Shown piece after piece: positions 52,962-62,028 of a DNA stretch of 64,000 nt (positions are counted from its first letter, which is position 1; every line of letters begins with the position of its first letter). Position numbers and translations under genes: made by a program. This DNA is from Nannocystaceae bacterium ST9. Lineage in GTDB: Bacteria; Myxococcota_A; Polyangia; Nannocystales; Nannocystaceae. The stretch is from positions 1,349,642 through 1,413,641 of the forward strand of contig JBLWFJ010000001.1 in assembly GCA_048320885.1 (NCBI GenBank). The letters run 5' to 3'. The notes below the pieces were generated by a model, which worked only from the letters and a program-made list of their open reading frames with translations, did not search any database and was not told the origin of the DNA.

Positions 52962-54751
52962 TCCTCGTCGGGATCTTTCGGCATCTGACTCGGACCCTTG
53001 AACACCGGCTCGGGCTCGTCCTCGGTCTCGCTGCCCTCGTCCTCGTCGTCCTCGTCCTCGTCGTCCTCCGAGCCCTGCGCGGCCTCCTTGGCCTCCTCCT
53101 CGGCCATGATCTCGGCCATGGTCTTCACCTTCTTGCCGGTCGGTCCGACGGTCGGCACCGGCGGGGCCTGGAAGGCGTCGCCGACGACGTCTTCGTCGCT
53201 GTCCTCGTCGTCGACCATCACGTGGACCTCGCGGGCCTCGGGGAAGGGCTCGTAGAAGTCCTTCTCGCGCATGACCTTGTTGACCGGACCGAGCGCGATG
53301 CTCGGTACGTAGGTGACCGCGACCAGCCCGATCAGCATCATGCCGATGAAGGGCACGACGCCGCGGGTGACCTCGCCGAGCGGCTGGCGGAACACCGACG
53401 ACGACACGAACAGGTTGATGCCGATCGGCGGGGTCAGGTAGCCGATCTCGAGGTTGACGATGAAGATGATGCCCAGGTGGATCGGGTCGATGCCGAGCTC
53501 GACCCCGATCGGGGCGAGCAGCGGCGCGATGATCAGGATCGCGCTGATCGAGTCCATCAGCGCGCCGACGATCAACAAGAAGATGTTGACGATCAGCAGG
53601 AAGGTGACCGGGGTCAGGTCCTTGTCGAGGATCCAGGCCACGACCTTCTGCGGGATCATCTCCTCGACCAAGAACGCGTTGAGGCCGAAGGCCAGCAACA
53701 TGATGATCAGGATCGTCCCCATGTTGACGACCGACTCGGTCAGGATCTTGGGGATGTCCTGCGGGCTGATGTCGCGGTGGATCAGCAGCTCGATGATCAG
53801 CGAGTAGACCACCGAGATCGCCGCGGCCTCGGTCGGCGTGAACACGCCGGTGTAGATGCCGCCGAGGATCACCGCCGGCAGGCTCAGCGACCAGATGCCG
53901 TCGCGGATCCGCTGGAGCACGACCTTGAACTCGAAGGTCTCGCGCGCGACCTTCTTGGCGTTGAAGGGCGCGAGCAGGGCGAGCAGCAGGCCGATCATCA
54001 GGCCCGGCAGCACGCCGGCCAAGAACAGCTCGGCGACGTCGATCGGCTTCGAACCCGACGCGACGATCGCGTAGACCAACATCGGGATCGAGGGCGGGAT
54101 CAAGATGCCCAGCGAGCCGCCCGCGGTGACCAGCCCGAGCGAGAAGCGGCGCTCGTAGCCGGCCTCGACCAGGCGCGGGTACATCATCGAACCGATCGCG
54201 ATCACGGTGACCGGGCTCGAGCCCGAGATCGCCGCGAAGATCACACACGCGCCGACGGCCGCGATCGCCAGGCCGCCCGGCATCCAGCCGACCAGGGCCC
54301 GCGCGACGTCGACCAGGCGGCGAGCGATGCCACCCGCGCTCATGATCGCCCCGCTCGCGACGAAGAAGGGGATCGCCAGCAAGACGTCCTTCGTCATCAT
54401 CTCGGCGCCGGTGTCCGAGAGCCGATCGAGGGTCAGGAGCCCGTCGAAGTTCTCGCTCAGGAACAAGAAGCACGAGGTCGCGATCAACCCGATGATCACG
54501 AAGAGCGGCATGCCGAGCACGACCGCGAGCGCGAGCGTGGCGAAGAGCACGGCCAGGCCGGCGCCGAGGCTGAGCACGGGGCCGTTTTGACTGATGCCGC
54601 CTTCGGCCATCGCGGTCGCGGCCAAGAGCAGCACGAACGCGAACACGCAGACGCTGCCGAACAGCGTCGCGCGCTTGCGGACTTGCGCCGAGGGGGCCGG
54701 GGCGAGCAGGCTGGGCCCACGATCGCGCTTGGACTGGTTGGAGTTGCTCAC
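52958..54751 (-). CDS. dctM: TRAP transporter large permease with N-terminal extension and ~110-aa acidic C-terminal tail
   Basis: GTG 54751 (GGAGGTG SD) overlaps the dctQ TGA (GTGA). DctM text LLAIPFFVASGAIMSAGGIARRL, GGLAIAAVGACVIFAAISGSS, GILIPPSIPMLVY. The tail is ...EDDEDEDDEDEGSETEDEPEP. Confidence 0.85.
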   Translation of the reverse strand: MSNSNQSKRDRGPSLLAPAPSAQVRKRATLFGSVCVFAFVLLLAATAMAEGGISQNGPVLSLGAGLAVLFATLALAVVLGMPLFVIIGLIATSCFLFLSENFDGLLTLDRLSDTGAEMMTKDVLLAIPFFVASGAIMSAGGIARRLVDVARALVGWMPGGLAIAAVGACVIFAAISGSSPVTVIAIGSMMYPRLVEAGYERRFSLGLVTAGGSLGILIPPSIPMLVYAIVASGSKPIDVAELFLAGVLPGLMIGLLLALLAPFNAKKVARETFEFKVVLQRIRDGIWSLSLPAVILGGIYTGVFTPTEAAAISVVYSLIIELLIHRDISPQDIPKILTESVVNMGTILIIMLLAFGLNAFLVEEMIPQKVVAWILDKDLTPVTFLLIVNIFLLIVGALMDSISAILIIAPLLAPIGVELGIDPIHLGIIFIVNLEIGYLTPPIGINLFVSSSVFRQPLGEVTRGVVPFIGMMLIGLVAVTYVPSIALGPVNKVMREKDFYEPFPEAREVHVMVDDEDSDEDVVGDAFQAPPVPTVGPTGKKVKTMAEIMAEEEAKEAAQGSEDDEDEDDEDEGSETEDEPEPVFKGPSQMPKDPDED

Positions 54752-55686
54752 GACACCACCTCCGCCTGCTCTGCCTTCTCGAGCTCGCGCAGCTCCGGCA
54801 GCGTCTCGTCGAGCTCGCCGCGGAACGCCAGCACCCCGGTACCGATGAAGCGCATCGCCATGATCACCCAGGCGACCGGGACGACCATGAAGCTGGCCCA
54901 AAACGGGATCGGCGTGGAGTCGTGCAGGGCCCCGAGGTGATTGGACAGATCCCACTCCTCGTATTTGACCACGCAGTAGCGGTAGCCGAGGTAGGCGAGC
55001 AGCAGGCAGAAGCTCGCGGTCAGGATGCCGGCGAGCAGGCCGGTGATCTTGCGCAGCTTCTCGGGCAGCGCCTTGTTGGCGGCCTCGAGCTTGAGGTGGA
55101 GGTTGTCGCGGGTCGCCATCGAGGCGCCGAGGAACGAGACCCAGAGCATCAAGACCAGCGAGAACGAGGCCGCCCACTGCAGGCCGGCCGGAAACATGCC
55201 GCAGGCGAGGTCGGTCTCGCCGGCGAGGTCGAGCTCGATGCACTCGGACTGCTCGATCGAGCCGGTCCCGAACAGCAGGATCATCAGGCCCCAGCAGCCG
55301 AGCGAGGTGACGACCGTGTAGATCAGGCACTTGACGTGCGGCAGCGGCTCGCCGTGGATCTCGGCCAGCGTGGCCCCGGGCTTGGGCGTGGGCCGGTTCC
55401 ACAAGGGTCGGCGCGAGGCGGTGCGGAAGCCCAGGTAGACCAGGATCACCAGACCGAGCGGGACGGCCCAGTCGGCGACCCCCTGCATCGACTGCCAGGT
55501 CGCATCGTCGCGCTCCGCCCCGAGCAGGGTCGAAGCGAGCTTTCCGAACAGGACGCTGTCTTCGTCGGCGTAGCTCCGATGCAGCACGGCCAAGAACATG
55601 ACCAGCGACATCACCAGGAGCGAGCTGACGACGATGAAACGCTCGACCTGGTACACCCAGCCGTTGAGCTTCTTGAGGAACTCCAC
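54748..55686 (-). CDS. dctQ: TRAP transporter small permease, unusually long (312 aa)
   Basis: GTG start. DctQ-like ends (VERFIVVSSLLVMSLVMFLAVLHR and SMATRDNLHLKLEAANKALPEKL) are separated by an extra ~100-aa segment. Confidence 0.6.
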   Translation of the reverse strand: MEFLKKLNGWVYQVERFIVVSSLLVMSLVMFLAVLHRSYADEDSVLFGKLASTLLGAERDDATWQSMQGVADWAVPLGLVILVYLGFRTASRRPLWNRPTPKPGATLAEIHGEPLPHVKCLIYTVVTSLGCWGLMILLFGTGSIEQSECIELDLAGETDLACGMFPAGLQWAASFSLVLMLWVSFLGASMATRDNLHLKLEAANKALPEKLRKITGLLAGILTASFCLLLAYLGYRYCVVKYEEWDLSNHLGALHDSTPIPFWASFMVVPVAWVIMAMRFIGTGVLAFRGELDETLPELRELEKAEQAEVVS

Positions 55687-55808
55687 CCGCGCATCCTAAC
55701 CCTGGAGCCGGCCACGCCCCAAGCCGGAAAGCAGGCACCCGACGTGCTCGACGAGCAGGTCGGGTGCGCCGAGGCCGGGAAGACCTCGCGGGTCCGCGAA
55801 CGACGGAC

Positions 55809-56834
55809 TCAGACGTGCTTGATGATGGCGTCGTAGAGCGTCGAGCCGTACTTGTCGGTGAACAGCTTGTGGGTCGGCTCGGTGGCCTTCTTGAACGCCG
55901 CGGTCTCCGAGGACGTGGACGTGTGCAGCTGGATCCCGAGCGCCGTGAAGTTGTCGAGCAGGCCCTGCTTGAGCGCGCGGACCTTCTTGCGGCCCCACTC
56001 GGACTCGACCTGGATGTCGCCGATCAGCGCGGCCTGGGTGGCGGCGTCGAGCGAGTTCCAGATGTCCTTGTTCATGACCGCGACCGCCGGCTGGTAGCTG
56101 TGCTCGGTCAGCGTGAAGTGGGTGATCGCCTGCGACCACGAGGCGGCGAAGGTGAAGAGCGGGGTGTTGTCGAACCCGTCGACCACGCCGGTCTGCAGGG
56201 CCGGAAGCACCTCGGTGACCGCGATCGGCTGGGGCGAGGCACCCAGCGCGCGCCAGGTGTTGGTGTGCACGTCGCCCTGCTGCGAGCGCATCTTCTTGCC
56301 CTTGAGGTCGGCGGTGCTCTTGACGAACCCGAAGTTGCTGCCGATCGAGCGGTAGCCGTTCTCGGCGAAGAAGAGCAGCACGAAGCCGGCCTTGTCGAGA
56401 ATCTTGATCACATCGGCCTTGATGTGATTGTCGAGGATCTCGTCGGCCTTCTTCTCGCTCGGGAACAGGTAGGGCAGCCCGAACACGGCCAGCTCGGGGA
56501 CGATGCTGGCGAGCGCTTCGAAGGTGCCGGCCCAACCAGCGATCGCGCCCTTGCGGCAGCGGCTCGCGGTCGAGTTCTCGTCACCGAGCGCGCCGCCGAG
56601 GTAGGCCTTGACGCGGACCTTGCCGCCCGTCTCGTCCTTGACCCGCTTCTTGAGCCGATCGACATGCTTCGACCAGGGCGTGTCGGGCGGGGCGACGGTC
56701 GCGAACTTGAGCGTGATCTCGGCGTCTCCGGCATGCGCTCGCGGGCGACCAATGAAAAAGGTCGACACCGCTGCCGCGGTACCGACCATGAAGTTTCGGC
56801 GATTGGTCTCGAGGGGCTTCTTGAAGTCGGTCAT
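55809..56834 (-). CDS. dctP: TRAP transporter substrate-binding protein with Tat signal
   Basis: NRRNFMVGTAAAVSTFFIG twin-arginine signal. DctP text LKFATVAPPDTPW, GLPYLF, KMRSQQ, GVVDGFDNTP. Confidence 0.85.
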   Translation of the reverse strand: MTDFKKPLETNRRNFMVGTAAAVSTFFIGRPRAHAGDAEITLKFATVAPPDTPWSKHVDRLKKRVKDETGGKVRVKAYLGGALGDENSTASRCRKGAIAGWAGTFEALASIVPELAVFGLPYLFPSEKKADEILDNHIKADVIKILDKAGFVLLFFAENGYRSIGSNFGFVKSTADLKGKKMRSQQGDVHTNTWRALGASPQPIAVTEVLPALQTGVVDGFDNTPLFTFAASWSQAITHFTLTEHSYQPAVAVMNKDIWNSLDAATQAALIGDIQVESEWGRKKVRALKQGLLDNFTALGIQLHTSTSSETAAFKKATEPTHKLFTDKYGSTLYDAIIKHV

Positions 56835-56874
56835 GACAGCAGGCCTTCTGACGGGTGCTTCGAGGTGGTCTTCA

Positions 56875-56900
56875 CACGTGGATCCACTTCATCTCACGTG
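56875..56900. promoter_or_regulatory. pair of CACGTG-core palindromes upstream of dctP
   Basis: caCACGTGGATCCACtt (GTGGATCCAC is a perfect 10-bp palindrome, 56878-56887) and TCACGTGA (56894-56901). The CACGTG cores are 20 bp apart and lie 40-70 bp upstream of the dctP ATG. Confidence 0.3.
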
Positions 56901-57053
56901 AATGTCCGGTCGTACCGGAGGGTGCGTGGCGCAAACCAGAACCCTGGGAGAGCGCTCGATAACGTCGTTTGATGATGATTCGAGGAGCGGTGCGAGTCTG
57001 CGAAGGGCGCTGCGCACCGATTGTTCGTTCAGGCTCGGACACGGCCCGGCGGC

Positions 57054-58016
57054 TCAGAAGAGCTCGTCGTCGACCTTCTTCTTCTGCAGCTCGCGGGCCT
57101 TCACCTGCTCGGACTGCATCTCGGGGAGGATCTCCTCGGGCACGGTCGAGAGATCGGCCGCGAGGACTTCTTCGAGCAGCTTGTCGAACAGCGCCTCGTC
57201 GTCGGCCTTGGTCGCGTAGTTCTCGGCCATCAACACCTTGGTGCCGATGAAGTAGGGCGCGATCTCCAGCGACTTCTCGTAGTGCTCGCGCGACTTGTTG
57301 AGGTCGCCGCCGGCGAAGTCGGGCGCGACCGAATAGAAGGTGCCGAAGTAGCGGTGCGGGCCGCCGTGATAGAAGTTGGGATCGAGCTCGAGCAGGCGAG
57401 TCATCGTCGCCTTGATCTTGTCCTTGTTGCCGACCAGCACGGCGAAGCCCTTGACGCGGGCCCACTTGCCGAGCGCGCTCGCGTACCAGTAGGCCCCGGG
57501 CACCGCCGGCGCCCCGATCGTGACGATCGCCTCTTCGAACTTGGCCTTGTCGCGCATCTTCTCGGCGAACTCGGGCGAAGCCGCGATCACGGCCCGCTCG
57601 CCCCACCAGACCGCGCGATCCATGTAGTCGAGGTAGCCCTCTTCGTCGCCGCGCAGGAAGGCGTCCGCGTAGTAGTAGTTGGCCCGCGTGACCATGGCGA
57701 GCAGATCGATCTGATCGGCCCCGGTCGCGACTTCGGTGCAGCGGACCGAGGGCGCGCTGGTGCCCTCCTTGCAACCCGCGAGCTGCTCGAACGCGGCGAT
57801 GGCCTTCAGCGCGCCGGCCTTGTCGCCGCGGCCCTTCCAGGTCTCCATCGCGCTCTCCAGGCTGGCCGGAGCCGCCGCCGTGTCGCCACCGTCCTTGGTC
57901 GCGTCCGGGGTCTTGGTCGGCTTCTCTTCCCACGCCGACGTGCGGCCCTTGCATGCGCTCGCTCCGAGCGTGAGGGCGAGTGCCAATACCAACCGTTCGA
58001 TCGATCGCGTGCTCAT
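57054..58016 (-). CDS. TatT-family TPR lipoprotein (TRAP T-component)
   Basis: ORF trimmed to ATG 58016 (MSTRSIERLVLALALTLGASAC). The text LELDPNFYHGGPHRYFGTFYSVAPDFAGGDLNKSREHYEKSLEIAP fits TatT as recalled. Lies upstream of dctPQM. Confidence 0.7.
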   Translation of the reverse strand: MSTRSIERLVLALALTLGASACKGRTSAWEEKPTKTPDATKDGGDTAAAPASLESAMETWKGRGDKAGALKAIAAFEQLAGCKEGTSAPSVRCTEVATGADQIDLLAMVTRANYYYADAFLRGDEEGYLDYMDRAVWWGERAVIAASPEFAEKMRDKAKFEEAIVTIGAPAVPGAYWYASALGKWARVKGFAVLVGNKDKIKATMTRLLELDPNFYHGGPHRYFGTFYSVAPDFAGGDLNKSREHYEKSLEIAPYFIGTKVLMAENYATKADDEALFDKLLEEVLAADLSTVPEEILPEMQSEQVKARELQKKKVDDELF

Positions 58017-58132
58017 GGGCGGTACCTGGTAGTTCGATATCCCGGTCGGTGGGTCGGGGTCAACCACGAGCAGCATGAGAGCCATCCTCTCGTCGCGGCC
58101 CGACCGCGTGAGACTCGGATATCCTGACACTC

Positions 58133-59401
58133 GTGCCCGCTCGCGAGGTCACCCGCATCCGCACCGGTTGGCTGGTCGCCTGGGCGGTCGCGGCCGCCTT
58201 CTCGGCGTACTTCTGCATGTACGCGTTCCGCAAGCCCTTCGCGGCCGGGACCTATCCGGGCGAGGTGTTCGAGATCCAGCTCAAGATCGCCTTGGTCGTC
58301 AGCCAGGTGATCGGCTACGCGCTCTCGAAGTTCATCGGCATTCGACTGGTCAGCGAGACCGCTCGCTCGCGGCGTGCGATCACGCTCCTGGGCCTGATCG
58401 CGATCGCCGAGCTGGCCCTGGTCGCGTTCGGCCTGCTGCCGCCCGCCGGCCAGGTGGTCGCGATGTTCTTCAACGGCCTGCCGCTCGGCGCCGTCTGGGG
58501 GCTGGTGTTCGGGTTCCTCGAGGGCCGCAAGACCACCGAGCTGCTCGGAGCCGGCCTCTCGACCGCCTACATCGTGGCGAGCGGCGTCGTGAAGTCGATC
58601 GGTCGCGCGCTGATCGACGCGGGCGTGCCCGAGGTCTGGATGCCGGCGCTGACCGGGGCGCTGTTCTTCCCGCCCTTCCTGCTCGCGGTCTGGGCCCTGA
58701 GTCGACTGCCGCCGCCCAGCTCCGAAGACGTCGCCGCGCGAGTCGAACGCGAGCCGATGGACGGCCCGCAGCGGCGCGCGTTCTTTCGTCGCTTCGCGCC
58801 CGGCCTGATCGCGCTCACGGCCCTGCACGTGTTCGTGACCGCCTACCGAGACTTCCGCGACAACTTCCAGGCCGAGATCTTCGCCGAGCTCGGCCAGCTC
58901 GACGCCGGCGTGTTCGCGCGCAGCGAGGGCGTGGTCGCGATCTGCGTGCTCGGCCTGCTCGCCGCGATCTTCCTGATCCGCGACAACCGACGCGCGCTGC
59001 TGATCCTGCATGGCCTGATGATCGCCGGGCTCGGCTTGATCGCCGTGTCGACCCTGATGATGCGGGCCGGCTGGATCGACGGCCTGACCTGGATGATCCT
59101 CGACGGCATCGGGCTCTACCTGGCCTACGTGCCCTACGGCAGCGTGCTCTTCGATCGCCTGATCGCCGCGACCGGCGTGGTCGGGACCTCGGTGTTCATG
59201 ATCTACGTGAGCGACGCGTTCGGCTACGTCGGCTCGATCAGCGTCACGCTGGTCAAGAATTTCTCCGACGTCGAGCTGAGCTGGCTCGACTTCTTCGTCG
59301 GGTTCTCGTGGGTGACCGTGGCGGTCGGCGTGCTCGGTTTCGTGATCAGCGGGGTCTACTTCGCCAGGATCACCCGCGATGGACCGGCAACGCCTGCGTG
59401 A
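58133..59401 (+). CDS. MFS-like 12-TM membrane protein (recalled as DUF5690 family)
   Basis: GTG start. N-terminal AAFSAYFCMYAFRKPFAAGTY. 422 aa, polytopic. Confidence 0.55.
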   Translation: MPAREVTRIRTGWLVAWAVAAAFSAYFCMYAFRKPFAAGTYPGEVFEIQLKIALVVSQVIGYALSKFIGIRLVSETARSRRAITLLGLIAIAELALVAFGLLPPAGQVVAMFFNGLPLGAVWGLVFGFLEGRKTTELLGAGLSTAYIVASGVVKSIGRALIDAGVPEVWMPALTGALFFPPFLLAVWALSRLPPPSSEDVAARVEREPMDGPQRRAFFRRFAPGLIALTALHVFVTAYRDFRDNFQAEIFAELGQLDAGVFARSEGVVAICVLGLLAAIFLIRDNRRALLILHGLMIAGLGLIAVSTLMMRAGWIDGLTWMILDGIGLYLAYVPYGSVLFDRLIAATGVVGTSVFMIYVSDAFGYVGSISVTLVKNFSDVELSWLDFFVGFSWVTVAVGVLGFVISGVYFARITRDGPATPA

Positions 59402-59479
59402 GCGCGACGCGTACCCGGCAGCTCTTGCGGGCCCACGCCGGTTGCCGAGCCCGGCGTGGATCCACATCGTGATGGACTC

Positions 59480-59899
59480 ATGAAGCGCAACGAGCCCGTC
59501 AGCCACATCATGACCCGCGACCTCCAGACCGTCCACGTCGGGCAGAAGCTCAGCGAGGTCCGGCGACTGCTGGCCAACAATCCCTATCATCACGTGCCGG
59601 TCGTGAGCGGCGACAAGCTGATCGGACTGATCAGCTCGACCGACATCGTCCGGTTGAGCCTGGCGATCTTCGGCGTCGACGAGCGAGCCGTCGACGCCAT
59701 GCTCGACAGCCAGCACACGATCGAGAGCGTGATGACCCGCAACCTGACCACGATCGCCGTCAAGGACACGGTCCGGCAGGCGGCCGAGCTGCTCGCCGAG
59801 GGCAAGTATCACTCGCTGCCGGTCGTCGACGAGCAGGGCAAGCTGCTCGGCCTGGTCACCAGCACCGATGTGATCCGCTATCTGCTCGCGCAGTACTGA
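59480..59899 (+). CDS. CBS-pair domain protein
   Basis: Two CBS units: IMTRDLQTVHVGQKLSEV...HHVPVVSGDKLIGLISSTDI and VMTRNLTTIAVKDTV...HSLPVVDEQGKLLGLVTSTDV. Start at ATG 59480; the track uses GTG 59456. Confidence 0.8.
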   Translation: MKRNEPVSHIMTRDLQTVHVGQKLSEVRRLLANNPYHHVPVVSGDKLIGLISSTDIVRLSLAIFGVDERAVDAMLDSQHTIESVMTRNLTTIAVKDTVRQAAELLAEGKYHSLPVVDEQGKLLGLVTSTDVIRYLLAQY

Positions 59900-60672
59900 G
59901 ACCGAGCCCGAGACCGAGACCGAGACTGGTCGATTTTCTCCCCACGGCCCGGCGACCGCTGCTTCGAGAGCGGACGCCGGGCCGAGCTGCGCTTGGAACT
60001 CACCGCCGCATCGCCACCCAGCACGCCGAAGCGATCGGGGTGGCTACCGCAATTCCCGAGCATCAATCTCCACGACGACCCCGCAGCCATCCTCGAGTTC
60101 GACAGACCTGCGGGCCGATGGCGTCGAGGCCCGCATTCATTACTTTCGTTCGCGCGCACCTTCGTGTTCGCGAGCGCCGATCTCGGCCGCACCGCACAAT
60201 GCCGATTCGTAGGTGTCGACACGACATCCATGGTTTGGGGGACGCCGAGTAGGCATCGACATGACTCCTGGCAGGTTGTCGGAGTGCGATGTACCGCCCG
60301 GAGCACCTCGAAAGGACTCTTTTGGTACCTCTCCCCATGCGCATGCCACTCACTTCCGCTTGCTACACCTGCATCGGGCTCGGTGGAGCCTCTCGCATCG
60401 TGAGTTCGCGTACACGCACGAGAAAAACGCGACGGCCAAATGGCCGGATGCCCAAAAGGCCAGTGGCATGAGTCATAGCGAAGAATCGCATTTCCGCGCC
60501 GGTCATTTTCAATACACACGGCGCGAGCGCATGCCCGTGTACGTCTGTACAAATCGCGGCAGAGTGGATTTGCGTTTTCAGCGACCCTGCAATTAACGAC
60601 GCATCGCGAATCGCATCATTGCGTGAACCCTCGGCTGCTTGCCACGACACATCCTCGTGGCAGGTTGCAATC
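59900..60672. other. ~770-bp lower-GC stretch without a credible ORF
   Basis: All six frames give short or compositionally odd ORFs with no G/C third-position periodicity. A hairpin TGCCACGA-cacatcc-TCGTGGCA (60639-60661) abuts the GGCAGG just upstream of ATG 60673. Confidence 0.5.
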
Positions 60673-62028
60673 ATGATCGCACGTTCGACATCGACGATGG
60701 CCTTCGCACTGCTCTTGACCGCCGGTTGTGATGGCGAGCCGATCGACGAGCTCCGCTCGTCGCAAGGCCATCACGGTGGCGGGCACGGCCATGGCGGAGG
60801 CCATGGCGGGCACGGCCACGGCCATCATCACGGCAATCACGGTCATCATCACGGCAATCACGGTCATCATCACGGCAATCATCATGGCCATCATGGCCAT
60901 CATGGCCACTGCACGCAGCTCGACATCGGCGATCTACTCGAGGGTTACGACGAATCGACCAATCCTTATACCGATCCGGCGATGTGGCTCAGCGGCCCCG
61001 ATTCGAGCGACGATTTCGTACTTTCCGTGAACTTGGATACCACGATCGTCCATCCAGACCTCTCGACCGAGGTGATTCATCCCGAGCGGCCCGAGGACCC
61101 CGACCTCGACATCTTCTTCGTCCACCCCACGGTCAACTTGAGCCCGGCGCTCGGCAACGATGATTTGTCCGATCTGGCCAACACCAAGGCGTTCGTGGCC
61201 GAGAGCGTCGCGCGCTTCTCGACGATCGGCCGGGTGATCACGCCGCTCTATCACTCGGCGACCGCCGGGGCGTTCCTGCCTGGAAATCGTGCCGTCCGCG
61301 ACGCTTACTTCGAAATCGCGTACCAGGACGTCGAGGACGCCTTCACCCACTATCTGGCCAATCACTGGAACGGGCGAAAGCTCGTGCTGATGGGGTTCTC
61401 GCAGGGCAGCATCATGACTCGAATGCTGCTCCAGCGCTTCATCGCGGGCCACCCCGACTTGATGAGCCGAGTCGTGGTGGTGATGCCGCTGAGCGGCGAT
61501 TTCCAGGTCGACTCGGTCGACTTCGTGCCGCCCTGCGAGGACGACGATCAGACCGGCTGCTACGTCACCTATCATGCGTTCGTGGACGGATTTGGGCCGA
61601 GCGACACGCCCCCGTCCACGGTCGGGGAATGGGTATGCAGCGACACGGCGGCCTGCACCCCCGTGACCGACGATGGCGTGCTCTCGATGTCCTATTTCTC
61701 GCTTCCGCAGGTCCCGGGCGCGCTGCCGGGCGACGCGCTGGCGGACATCCCGATCGAAATCGACACGCCCTTCATGGCATTCCCCGAGTTCTACGCCGCC
61801 GATTGCGTCGACGAGGGTGGCGAGTACCTCCAGGTCCAGCAAGCGGACCTCGACGACGAGCGCTGGACGCCGATCGACTACACGCACCCCTTCGCGTCGA
61901 ACGCCCCGCCCTTCGGCCTGGGATTGCACATCTTCGACTTCAGCCTGGGCATGGGTGACCTGCTCGAGCTCGTCGAGGACAAGGCCGACGAGCTCGACGA
62001 CGAATCGGCCTTCTGTGTGCTGAAGTAG
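60673..62028 (+). CDS. lipoprotein with 47-residue His/Gly tract plus DUF3089-like alpha/beta-hydrolase domain
   Basis: ORF trimmed to ATG 60673: MIARSTSTMAFALLLTAGC (lipobox). HHGGGHGHGGGHGGHGHGHHHGNHGHHHGNHGHHHGNHHGHHGHHGH. Then DIFFVHPT, ITPLYHSAT and LMGFSQGS (GxSxG). Confidence 0.7.
   Translation: MIARSTSTMAFALLLTAGCDGEPIDELRSSQGHHGGGHGHGGGHGGHGHGHHHGNHGHHHGNHGHHHGNHHGHHGHHGHCTQLDIGDLLEGYDESTNPYTDPAMWLSGPDSSDDFVLSVNLDTTIVHPDLSTEVIHPERPEDPDLDIFFVHPTVNLSPALGNDDLSDLANTKAFVAESVARFSTIGRVITPLYHSATAGAFLPGNRAVRDAYFEIAYQDVEDAFTHYLANHWNGRKLVLMGFSQGSIMTRMLLQRFIAGHPDLMSRVVVVMPLSGDFQVDSVDFVPPCEDDDQTGCYVTYHAFVDGFGPSDTPPSTVGEWVCSDTAACTPVTDDGVLSMSYFSLPQVPGALPGDALADIPIEIDTPFMAFPEFYAADCVDEGGEYLQVQQADLDDERWTPIDYTHPFASNAPPFGLGLHIFDFSLGMGDLLELVEDKADELDDESAFCVLK

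Noticed and set aside
49488-54940. Very long ORFs 49488..52532(-) at 1014 aa and 51164..54940(+) at 1258 aa.
   Set aside because: Both run antisense or off-frame to well-supported genes (bpt, the PEP-utilizing enzyme, dctM). Their translations are Arg/Gly/Asp/Pro-rich with no motifs. The same reasoning was applied to 13882..15960(-), 15997..17817(-), 17726..19549(-), 21470..23497(-), 26770..29298(-), 28970..30679(-), 33295..34974(+), 58013..59812(-) and similar ORFs.
56923-56938. Sigma-54-like TGGTTTGCGCCACGCA on the minus strand upstream of dctP.
   Set aside because: GG and GC spacing is correct, but the remaining positions match the consensus poorly. It is much weaker than the sites at 11577-11592 and 21621-21636.
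60455-60470. GCCACTGG (minus strand), reminiscent of a cobalamin-riboswitch core.
   Set aside because: I could not find the other conserved cobalamin-riboswitch elements nearby, and no downstream gene exists in that orientation.
60616-61030. ORFs 60616..60909(-) and 60728..61030(+), encoding Met/Ala/Ile/Thr-rich repeats.
   Set aside because: They are alternative-frame or antisense readings of the CAT/CAC/GGC repeat that encodes the His/Gly tract of the 60673..62028 lipoprotein.
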